Assembly: GCA_963813145.1 (NCBI GenBank)
Contig: CAWEXX010000003.1
Location: 712,026-776,025, forward strand
Source: Bryobacterales bacterium
Lineage (GTDB): Bacteria > Acidobacteriota > Terriglobia > Bryobacterales > Bryobacteraceae
DNA length: 64,000 nucleotides
Direction: 5' to 3'
The notes below the pieces were generated by a model, which was not told the DNA's origin, ran no database searches, and saw only the letters and a list, made by a program, of their open reading frames with translations. The translations under genes and the position numbers were made by a program. Numbering within the stretch: the first letter of the stretch is position 1; the number at the start of each line of letters is the position of its first letter. Below are positions 7,993 through 17,432 of the stretch, piece after piece.

Positions 7993-9255
7993 ATGATCAG
8001 GATACTTGCGTCTTTTCTACTAGCCGCGACCACCTTCGCCGCCGACATTTCCGGAGACTGGGAATTCACCGGCAAAATTCTTGGCGACACCACATATGTA
8101 CGAATTACTCTGAAAGCCGACGGCAACAAGCTCACCGGCAGCTTGAACGAGCTGAAATTTGACGGCGCCATCGACGGCGACAAGCTCACCTTCACGGCGA
8201 CGCGCCCCAATGGCGACGCATTCGGCACTTTTGAAGGCGTCGTCCATGGCGACCAGATGTCAGGCACCGCCCTCTGGCATAAAACCGACAAGGTCGAATG
8301 GACCGCCCGCCGTCCCGCCCGCGCCCCCGCAACTCCTCGCACGCTCGACTTCGAACCCAAGGAATTCCACCGCGTTTTCTCCGATGCGATTCCTCCAGTG
8401 CTGCACATTTTCCCCGGCGACACAGTCCGAACCTGGACCGTCGACGCGGGCGGCACCGATGCGAAAGGCGTGCGGCGATCCCAGGGAGGCAATCCGGAAA
8501 CGGGTCCTTTTTATATAGAAGGCGCATTCCCGGGCGACATGCTGGTCGTGAAGCTGAACAAAGTCCGCTTGAACAGGGACTCGGCGGGCAGCGGCGACCA
8601 GATCGTCGGCTCGGCATTGAATCCAGGCTATATCCAGCGCACGAAATACAAGGACGACTATGACAGCAACTGGGTTCTCGATCTCGAAAAAGGCGTCGCG
8701 CGATTGAAAAATCCCAGCGAGCATCTGAAAAATTACACGGTGAAGCTGCAACCCATGTTGGGCTGCATCGCGGTGGCTCCTCCCGCCCATCAGGCGATGC
8801 GGACAGGCTTCCTCGGATCCTACGGCGGCAACATGGACTACAACCAGATGCGCGAAGGCACCACGATTTATCTGCCGGTGAACGCACCCGGCGCGCTGCT
8901 GTTCATCGGCGACGGGCACGCCGCGCAAGGCGACGGCGAACTGACCGGAGACGCGCTGGAAACATCGATGCAGGTGGAGTTCACCGTGGGACTCATCAAG
9001 AATCAGTCGCAGGGCCCGCATGCGGAAAATGACGAATACCTGATGGCGCTGGGAATCGGAAATTCCCTGGAGGACGCCTTACGCGCGTCGACCACGCAGC
9101 TCGTAAACTGGCTGCAACGCGACTACAAACTGGAGCCCAACGAAGCCGCGATTGTGCTGGGCACCGCCATGCGCTACGACATCGCCGAAGTGGTGGACCC
9201 GCTGGTCCACATCGTAGCGAAAATCCGCAAAGACGCCCTGGCAAACATAAAATAA
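7993..9255 (+). CDS. Acetamidase/formamidase-family amidohydrolase, secreted, with an extra N-terminal domain
   Basis: 420-aa ORF. Signal peptide MIRILASFLLAATTFA. GPFYIEGAFPGDMLVV, GGNMDYNQMREGTTIYLPV and IGDGHAAQGDGELTG motifs. Confidence 0.8.
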   Translation: MIRILASFLLAATTFAADISGDWEFTGKILGDTTYVRITLKADGNKLTGSLNELKFDGAIDGDKLTFTATRPNGDAFGTFEGVVHGDQMSGTALWHKTDKVEWTARRPARAPATPRTLDFEPKEFHRVFSDAIPPVLHIFPGDTVRTWTVDAGGTDAKGVRRSQGGNPETGPFYIEGAFPGDMLVVKLNKVRLNRDSAGSGDQIVGSALNPGYIQRTKYKDDYDSNWVLDLEKGVARLKNPSEHLKNYTVKLQPMLGCIAVAPPAHQAMRTGFLGSYGGNMDYNQMREGTTIYLPVNAPGALLFIGDGHAAQGDGELTGDALETSMQVEFTVGLIKNQSQGPHAENDEYLMALGIGNSLEDALRASTTQLVNWLQRDYKLEPNEAAIVLGTAMRYDIAEVVDPLVHIVAKIRKDALANIK

Positions 9256-9269
9256 CCGTGGCCCGTCGC

Positions 9270-9377
9270 GGAAAACGAATATTGGCCGCCGATGAACGCT
9301 GATGAACGCCGATTGAAAATAATTGGTCTTATCTGCGTTTATCTGTGTTCATCGGCGGCTAATATTAGTTTTCTAGT
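9270..9377. repeat. Family-B palindromic element
   Basis: GGCCGCCGATGAACGCTGATGAACGCCGATTGAAAA...GTGTTCATCGGCGGCT. Confidence 0.85.
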
Positions 9378-9409
9378 CTATTGCTCCGTCTCGCCGATAA
9401 GCCGAGAGA

Positions 9410-11167
<1,758 letters not shown>

Positions 11168-11234
11168 GTCGGCTACTTCCGAAAGCAGGCCGCCGGCAAA
11201 ATTGCCCGCCCCACAGAAGAAATCCTGAATGTTA

Positions 11235-11349
11235 TGGTGGCGCACGCCTCCAGGCGTGCCGCATCGACATTCGTGTCGATGTGTCTTTCCAGGCTCACCG
11301 AAACAAAAGCCGAATGTCGACGCGGCACGCGTGGACGCGTGCGCCACGC
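11235..11349. repeat. Family-C palindromic element (GGCGCRCGCCTCCAGGCGTGCCG termini)
   Basis: TGGTGGCGCACGCCTCCAGGCGTGCCGCATCGAC...GTCGACGCGGCACGCGTGGACGCGTGCGCCAC. Confidence 0.8.
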
Positions 11350-11361
11350 GGGAACGATAAT

Positions 11362-12093
11362 CTAATTCTCCGCCGGCACTTTCTCCGCATGATCCACGAT
11401 CAACAAGTCCAGCATCATCTTCTTCGATTCCAGCTTCAACCCCAGTTCTTCCTGCAACGCCAGGATAATGGTCGCGACCGGTTCGAAAGGCGTGCTCCCG
11501 TCCGGCATGTATCGCGCGATATTCACGGTGGCGTCGTAGCGCCCCGTGAAACCGGTGTTGTTAATGACCGGAGCGTGCAGCATCTTGGATAACACGTCGA
11601 CGATTTGCGACGCCGGAAATCCTTTCACATCGACCGTCATGCGGGATTTGTCGGGATTGACGACCGGTTCGCCCTCCACCTTCGATTCATGAAACTTGGC
11701 GCCGCATTTCGCTACGACCATCTCGTACGCGTGCAGCTCCTTCGTCTGGCGATGAAAAGCGAGCTGAAAACGCTCGGCCAGGAGCGCCTGCAGCATGAGA
11801 CGGAGCTGGTCTTCGGCCACGGGCTCAGTGCTTTTCCCGGAGATGTTATAGCGGTCGGTGCCGATCCAATCCGGTCCGGTAACCTGATAGTCCATCACGT
11901 GATACGCCCAGCGGATGGCGGTTTTAAGAGTGACGTTCCGCATGATCACGGAGCCGGGCGAGGCCTGAATATCGTCCCGCCAGTCGCCTTCGCCCCGGCC
12001 GGACTGGCTGACGCGAACCGCTGCGACGTCGAATACAGGCTGCGCGGCGGCCGCGTAAAGCAACAAAAGTGTTACCGGAATGATTCGAAACAT
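11362..12093 (-). CDS. Secreted protein of the Solibacter-type TIGR03435-like family
   Basis: 243-aa ORF with a signal peptide. FDVAAVRVS..VIMRNVTLKTAIRWAYHV.DYQVTGPDWIGTDRYNISGK resembles the family as I recall it. Confidence 0.65.
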   Translation of the reverse strand: MFRIIPVTLLLLYAAAAQPVFDVAAVRVSQSGRGEGDWRDDIQASPGSVIMRNVTLKTAIRWAYHVMDYQVTGPDWIGTDRYNISGKSTEPVAEDQLRLMLQALLAERFQLAFHRQTKELHAYEMVVAKCGAKFHESKVEGEPVVNPDKSRMTVDVKGFPASQIVDVLSKMLHAPVINNTGFTGRYDATVNIARYMPDGSTPFEPVATIILALQEELGLKLESKKMMLDLLIVDHAEKVPAEN

Positions 12094-12269
12094 TCACTAC
12101 CTTTCTGCAAACCAAGACGGCTGAAAGTGTAAATAATTGCGGCTAATATTTGTTTTTTCCAGGACGTGCTATACTAACCATGTAAAAGATCGAAAGTAAA
12201 TCCGCTACCCTTCTCTCCTGTCCCTGTTGTCCTTGTAAGGCTCGCTGATTCTTTCCCCCGAAAGATTGA

Positions 12270-13397
12270 ATGAAAACTTTTTCTGAATTTCCTGTATCTG
12301 CCGTTTTGCAAGCGAACCTTGCCCAAAATAGCTTTGTAACTCCCACGCCTGTGCAATCGGAATCGATTCCGCCGGCGCTTGATGGGCGAGACGTCGTGGC
12401 AACGGCGCAAACTGGAACGGGCAAGACGCTGGCCTTCGTGCTGCCTCTGCTCGAATCGCTGCTGAAGCAGCCGATTGAGACGGGCGTAAGCGCCGTCATC
12501 CTGAGCCCCACCCGTGAACTGGCCATCCAGATTCACGAAACATTTGTGAAACTCGCCAAGCACACCGGCATTCGCGACGCAGTCGTGGTCGGCGGTATGA
12601 GCGAGCATCCGCAGCTCGATTCCATTCGCCGCGGCGCGCGCGTGTTGATCGCGACCCCCGGCCGTTTGTCCGATTTCATTGAACGCCGCCTGGTGAAACT
12701 TTCCGGCGCGCGGATTCTGGTGCTGGACGAAGCCGACCGCATGCTGGACATGGGCTTTCTGCCCACCATTAAGAAAATCATGACGCTACTGCCGGTCGAG
12801 CGGCAGACTATGTTCTTCTCCGCGACCATCGAATCGAGCGTCGCGCACCTCATTAACAGCCATGTCAGGAACCCTGTGCGGATCACCGTCGGCTCCGCCA
12901 CCAAGCCTGCCGAGCACGTCGATCTGCACGTCTATGAAGTCGAGCAGGATCGCAAAGTCGGGCTGCTGCAGAATATGCTGAAGGACGAAAAAGGCTCGTT
13001 CCTGGTATTCGCGCGCACCAAACACGGCGCGGATCGGCTGGCGAAAAAGCTGGCTACGGGCGGAGTGAAATCCACCAGCATTCACGGCAATCGCACACAG
13101 AGCCAGCGCAATCGCGCGCTCAAAGGCTTCCAGCAGGGCGAATTCCGCGTCCTGGTAGCCACCGATGTAGCGGCGCGCGGCATTCACGTCGAAGGCATCG
13201 CTCACGTGGTGAATTTCGATCTGCCGCAAGTTCCCGAAGACTTCATCCATCGCGTCGGGCGAACCGGACGCGCGGGAGCTAGGGGCACAGCGACGACCTT
13301 CGGCACAAAGAGCGAACGCGGCGACATCAAGAAGATTGAGCGTGCGTTGAATATCCGGCTCACGTATCAGCACTCGCGGGCGGCAGTACACGCATAG
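12270..13397 (+). CDS. DEAD-box ATP-dependent RNA helicase (RhlE-like)
   Basis: 375-aa ORF. Q-motif TPTPVQ, AQTGTGKT, VLDEADRMLDMGF, SAT and HRVGRTGRAG. Confidence 0.92.
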   Translation: MKTFSEFPVSAVLQANLAQNSFVTPTPVQSESIPPALDGRDVVATAQTGTGKTLAFVLPLLESLLKQPIETGVSAVILSPTRELAIQIHETFVKLAKHTGIRDAVVVGGMSEHPQLDSIRRGARVLIATPGRLSDFIERRLVKLSGARILVLDEADRMLDMGFLPTIKKIMTLLPVERQTMFFSATIESSVAHLINSHVRNPVRITVGSATKPAEHVDLHVYEVEQDRKVGLLQNMLKDEKGSFLVFARTKHGADRLAKKLATGGVKSTSIHGNRTQSQRNRALKGFQQGEFRVLVATDVAARGIHVEGIAHVVNFDLPQVPEDFIHRVGRTGRAGARGTATTFGTKSERGDIKKIERALNIRLTYQHSRAAVHA

Positions 13398-13402
13398 ATT
13401 GA

Positions 13403-13549
13403 CACCGCTCCCGGCGGTCACGGCTCGGAAAGACAGCAAATCATCCGTCCGACTGAGCCGTGACCATAGGGAGCGGTGGTTCTCAAGCAGTAGAAAACCG
13501 CTCCCTGCGGTCACGGCTCGGAAAGACAGCACGTGACCATAGGGAGCGG
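13403..13549. repeat. Two tandem family-A hairpin elements
   Basis: ACCGCTCCCGGCGGTCACGGCTCGG..CTGAGCCGTGACCATAGGGAGCGGT, then ACCGCTCCCTGCGGTCACGGCTCGG..CGTGACCATAGGGAGCGG. Confidence 0.85.
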
Positions 13550-13579
13550 AGCATTTCAGGCGAAGTGTAGACTATAATC

Positions 13580-14755
13580 GTGCGCGTTCTGCTTGTCGCG
13601 GCGACTACCGGGTATCATACGCGCTCGTTTTCCGACGCGGCTCAGGCGATGGGACTGGACCTGGTGCTGGCGACGGACCGGTGCCATGTTCTCGACGATC
13701 CCTGGGGAGACGACGCCGTCGCTCTGCGGTTTGACGATCCTGCTGAAGGGATGGAGGCCATTGCCGCCCGCGGTCCGTTCGATGGGGTTGCAGCGGTCGG
13801 GGACCGGCCCGCCTATATAGCGGCGCTGGCCGCGAAACGCCTGGGCCTTCGGTTCAGTCCACCTTCGGCGGTGATCGCCGGACGCAACAAATTTCTGGCA
13901 CGGCAAAAATTCCGTGAGGCTGGGCTGCGCACGCCCGAATATGAGCTGTTTCAGCAGTCCACCGGAGCGCGCCGCTATCCGTGCGTCCTGAAGCCTCTGG
14001 GATTGTCGGGCAGCCGCGGCGTGATCCGGGCGAATAATGCCGCGGAGTTCACGGCGGCATTCGAACGTATCAAGAACATCGCAACCGAGCCGTCCGTGCT
14101 GGTGGAGGATTTCATTCCCGGTCACGAATACGCGCTCGAAGGCATGGTTACCCTGGGACGGCTGCAGGTGCTGGCACTGTTCGACAAGCCGGATCCTCTC
14201 GACGGTCCATTTTTCGAAGAGACGATTTATGTGACCATCGCGCCGCAGGATGCGATTACTGAAACCACGCAGCGGGCCATTTCCGCGCTGGCGTTCACCG
14301 ACGGTCCCATCCATGCGGAGATGCGCGTCAACGACGAGGGCGTCTGGATGCTGGAAGTTGCCGCGCGTCCGATAGGAGGACTCTGTTCCCGAGTGTTGCG
14401 CTTTTCCCAAGGCGAGGCGTTGGAGGAATTAATTTTGCGCCACGCGATCGGCGAGGATGTGAGCGGAGCCCGACTGGCGGCCGGGGCGCACGCCGTCATG
14501 ATGATCCCGATTCCGCGCCCGGGCGTCTACGGTGGAGTGTCGGGGATAGAGGAAGCGCGCGGGGTCGAGGGAATCGTGGACATCGCCATCACGGCCAAGG
14601 AAGGGCAGGCTATGCTGCCGCTGCCCGAAGGCGCCAGCTACCTGGGCTTCATTTTCTCACGCGCCGATACGCCGGAGCGGGCGGTTCAATCCTTGCGCGA
14701 GGCGCATGCCTGTCTGGAATTCGATTTTGCGGGGATGTTGCCCGTCGTAAAATGA
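13580..14755 (+). CDS. ATP-grasp enzyme (L-amino-acid-ligase / carboxylate-amine ligase-like)
   Basis: 391-aa ORF. KFLARQKFREAGLRTPEY, YPCVLKPLGLSGSRGV, VEDFIPGHEYALEG and HAEMRV..VWMLEVAARPIGG match an ATP-grasp fold pattern. Confidence 0.75.
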   Translation: MRVLLVAATTGYHTRSFSDAAQAMGLDLVLATDRCHVLDDPWGDDAVALRFDDPAEGMEAIAARGPFDGVAAVGDRPAYIAALAAKRLGLRFSPPSAVIAGRNKFLARQKFREAGLRTPEYELFQQSTGARRYPCVLKPLGLSGSRGVIRANNAAEFTAAFERIKNIATEPSVLVEDFIPGHEYALEGMVTLGRLQVLALFDKPDPLDGPFFEETIYVTIAPQDAITETTQRAISALAFTDGPIHAEMRVNDEGVWMLEVAARPIGGLCSRVLRFSQGEALEELILRHAIGEDVSGARLAAGAHAVMMIPIPRPGVYGGVSGIEEARGVEGIVDIAITAKEGQAMLPLPEGASYLGFIFSRADTPERAVQSLREAHACLEFDFAGMLPVVK

Positions 14756-15111
14756 AAAGCATGCCGACTTACAAGTGGGATGCCATCGAAAAAGAACAGA
14801 TGAATCCGTTCCTGGTGCGCCAGGTGATTCATGGCGACAACATGACCATCGCGCGGCTGGAGCTGGCCAAAGGCGCGAGCGTGCCGGAGCACAGTCATGA
14901 AAATGAACAGATCGCCATCGTCCAGTCGGGCCGGATTATGTTCAACCTGGCGGGCGTCGAATCGACGGTGGGCGCGGGGGAGACGGTGCGGATCCCTCCG
15001 AATGTGCCGCACTTTGTGAAAGTGATCGAGGATTGCATTGTGTTCGACCTGTTTTCTCCGCGCCGGGAAGACTGGCTGCGGGGCGACGACGCGTACCTTC
15101 GCGTAAAATGA
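14752..15111 (+). CDS. Cupin-domain protein
   Basis: 119-aa ORF. Cupin motifs G.SVPEHSHENEQ and IPPNVPH. ATGA overlaps with both neighbours. Confidence 0.8.
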   Translation: MKSMPTYKWDAIEKEQMNPFLVRQVIHGDNMTIARLELAKGASVPEHSHENEQIAIVQSGRIMFNLAGVESTVGAGETVRIPPNVPHFVKVIEDCIVFDLFSPRREDWLRGDDAYLRVK

Positions 15112-15905
15112 ACCACCTGCGCTACATCCTGGAAGAGGATCCGGAAAAAGGGCGTCTGGACCGGGCCGCGCTGGAGCTGGCTACCATTCAATTTCCCGAT
15201 CTCGATCCGGAGCCGTATTTGCTCCAATTGAACGACTTGGCGTCGCAGTTGGGCGACCGGCTGCGGAACTTCAACGACGGGCGGGATTTCGTCGAGACGG
15301 CGCAGAAGTTTCTATTCGAAGAGTTAGGGTTTCACGGCAACGAGACGGAGTTTTTCGATCCTCTGAACAGCTGTCTGAACGAGGTGCTGACGCGGAGGAC
15401 CGGCATCGCCATCACGCTGTCGCTGCTGTACATGGAAATCGGGCGGCGGCTGCACATGCCTCTGTACGGCATCGGGCTGCCCCGGCATTTTGTGGTGCAG
15501 TACGACGACGGGAACTACAACACCTATATCGATCCGTATGGCGGGAAGCCGATTACGGCGCGCGATTGTTTCGCGCTGGCGCAGACGCAAGTGTTCGATC
15601 CGTCGATCCTGGCAAGGGTCTCGAAGAAGCAGATTGTGATGCGGATGCTGCACAATTTGCGGCACGTTTACCTGCGCAACAACGATTTTGAGCGCGCCGT
15701 CGCCACCATGGACTGGCTGATTGTGGGCTATCCGGAGGCGGCCGCGTACAAGAGCCGGGGAGCGCTGCTGCTGGAGTTGAAGCGGTATCAGGCGGCTCGG
15801 CGGGATCTGGAAAAGTATCTGGAGATGGAGCCCGAGGCGGCGGATCGCGAGGATATTGAGGGAAGTCTGGGAAAGATTCACCAGTGGTTGGCGAGCGTGA
15901 ATTAG
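15108..15905 (+). CDS. Transglutaminase-like/TPR protein (SirB1/UPF0162-like)
   Basis: ORF 15033..15905 trimmed to ATG 15108 (ATGA overlap with the cupin stop). RRTGIAITLSLLYMEIGRRL..GLPRHFVV, then a TPR-like C-terminus. Confidence 0.7.
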   Translation: MNHLRYILEEDPEKGRLDRAALELATIQFPDLDPEPYLLQLNDLASQLGDRLRNFNDGRDFVETAQKFLFEELGFHGNETEFFDPLNSCLNEVLTRRTGIAITLSLLYMEIGRRLHMPLYGIGLPRHFVVQYDDGNYNTYIDPYGGKPITARDCFALAQTQVFDPSILARVSKKQIVMRMLHNLRHVYLRNNDFERAVATMDWLIVGYPEAAAYKSRGALLLELKRYQAARRDLEKYLEMEPEAADREDIEGSLGKIHQWLASVN

Positions 15906-16591
15906 AAGAAGAAGTAGCCAGTAGCCAGGAGCCAGTAGCTGTCTCTACGTGGGCTGTCGCAGCTAAACATTTTCGGGACCTTCTTGTAGGGCGGCCAATA
16001 TTGGCTGCAGCCGCATTTCAGGAGGCTTTTTCTGGATCGCACGGCGGGAACTAGAATTGGTCCCAGGGCGAAGACACACTACGGCTGTACGATATGTCGT
16101 GAGCGGCCCGGGGTTTCACCAGGCCGCTGAATGGATTGAGCTGTCTCTAGGATGGGGTCCCGGCTCGGCTATTGTCCTTGATTAAAGACTCACGGTTATC
16201 CGATATTTCCATGCTCTTTCGATGCACAACTCTCTGAAGCTACTCAGGGTGCGGCTAGCAGAACCTTCTCCACTCTCCCTTGGCTTTATAGGATCGATCC
16301 CAAATTGCTTCCGTCGGAATCATACATGTAGTTGACGCCGCAAGCCGTCTCACGGGCTCCAGAAGCTCAGCACCACCGCAATACGACATTCTGCCGGCCG
16401 GCAAAAAAAACTGTCAAAAAAGCCCCGGTGAAGGACTTCTTCTGATGGAAGGGTACAACGGGGAAAACGGGGCAGGTTCCCGCCGAGGAGCTAAGTTACT
16501 TAAGGGGAAGGAGTTATTTATGGGATGGCGACTGTGACGCCGCTCGTGTTAACATTCAGGTCTAACGGGAAAATCGCCGATAGATCTCTAT

Positions 16592-16891
16592 ATGCACGAT
16601 TCCCTGCCTGATAGCGACGCAGTCTTGGCGCAGTTTAATCGCCTTATTCAGGAACTGCTTCGCGGTAATATGCATCGCAACACCTTCCGGCCCTGGGAGG
16701 TTGAGTTGCTCCTGGATATCGAGAGTTGTAATTTGCGGGAGTCGTCCAAGCGGGAGACCCTGCGCAGGTACCAGAAGGCGGTGCAACGCCACATGGAGAA
16801 GGGTGCCCGGCTGCCTCTGAAATTGTCGGAATATATGGATGCGGTGAAGGCGAAACGGGCCGCGCAAACTCCGGCTTCGGCGACGCCTTAG
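16592..16891 (+). CDS. Hypothetical 99-aa protein
   Basis: The only ORF of 60 aa or more in a 1.1-kb ORF-poor region. Basic, helical-looking sequence with no recognisable domain and a weak SD. Confidence 0.4.
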   Translation: MHDSLPDSDAVLAQFNRLIQELLRGNMHRNTFRPWEVELLLDIESCNLRESSKRETLRRYQKAVQRHMEKGARLPLKLSEYMDAVKAKRAAQTPASATP

Positions 16892-16963
16892 CTGTTTCAG
16901 ACATCGCTCCCTGTGGTCACGGCTCGGAAGCCCAGGCGCCTGTGTCAGCGAGTTCGTTAGCAT

Positions 16964-17010
16964 ACCCCTCCATGACTGTCGGGGTTCGGTAGGACACCGA
17001 AATGGAGGGG
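16964..17010. repeat. Family-D element (CCCCTCCATGACTGTCGGGGTTCGGT), right arm truncated
   Basis: ACCCCTCCATGACTGTCGGGGTTCGGTAGGACACCGAAATGGAGGGG. Confidence 0.8.
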
Positions 17011-17110
17011 ACTGCGACAGGGCTACTAGCTGTTATCCTTAAGGTCTATGGGTTGCGGCAGCGGTCCGATTAATCCTCGCGCAAACGAGGAGCAGAACAA
17101 GACTGGTCAT

Positions 17111-17380
17111 ATGGTGTTCTGCGTCAAGTTCCAGCGGGAAATGCCTGGCCTGGACGAAGTTCCCTTCGATAATCCTTTGGGCCAACGGATTTACGACAAC
17201 GTGTCGCTGGCGGCGTGGAAGCTGTGGCTCGAGCAGATGAAAATGATCATGAACGAGTACCGGCTGAACCTGGGGACCACCGAGGCGCAGGAGTTCGTGC
17301 TCAAGCAGATGGAAGATTATTTCTACGGCGAAGGCGCGGCGTTTCCTCCCGGTTATCAGCCTCCGCAGGCGAAAAACTAA
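17111..17380 (+). CDS. yggX: Fe(2+)-trafficking / oxidative-damage protection protein YggX
   Basis: ORF 17048..17380 trimmed to ATG 17111. MVFCVKFQREMPGLDEVPFDNPLGQRIYDNVSLAAWKLWLEQMKMIMNEYRLNL parallels E. coli YggX. Confidence 0.85.
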   Translation: MVFCVKFQREMPGLDEVPFDNPLGQRIYDNVSLAAWKLWLEQMKMIMNEYRLNLGTTEAQEFVLKQMEDYFYGEGAAFPPGYQPPQAKN

Positions 17381-17432
17381 AAATATAATAGTTTCGTAGG
17401 AACCGATCAGGCGGAAGTGCGTCTGAACGTCC

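Noticed and set aside
13403-13549. Possible small CRISPR array
   Set aside because: There are only two units. Each unit is itself an inverted-repeat hairpin, and the spacing does not resemble spacers. The same motif is scattered singly across the window and no cas genes are present. I interpret it as a REP/MITE-like family.
15906-16590. tmRNA, RNase P RNA or SRP RNA in the ORF-free gap
   Set aside because: I looked on both strands for hallmark strings and found none. These were GGAAAGTCCGG and ACAGAACCCGGCTTA for RNase P, a GGTTCGA-type T-arm with a CCA end and an alanine-rich tag ORF for tmRNA, and the SRP GGAA tetraloop context. A different ncRNA cannot be excluded without covariance models.
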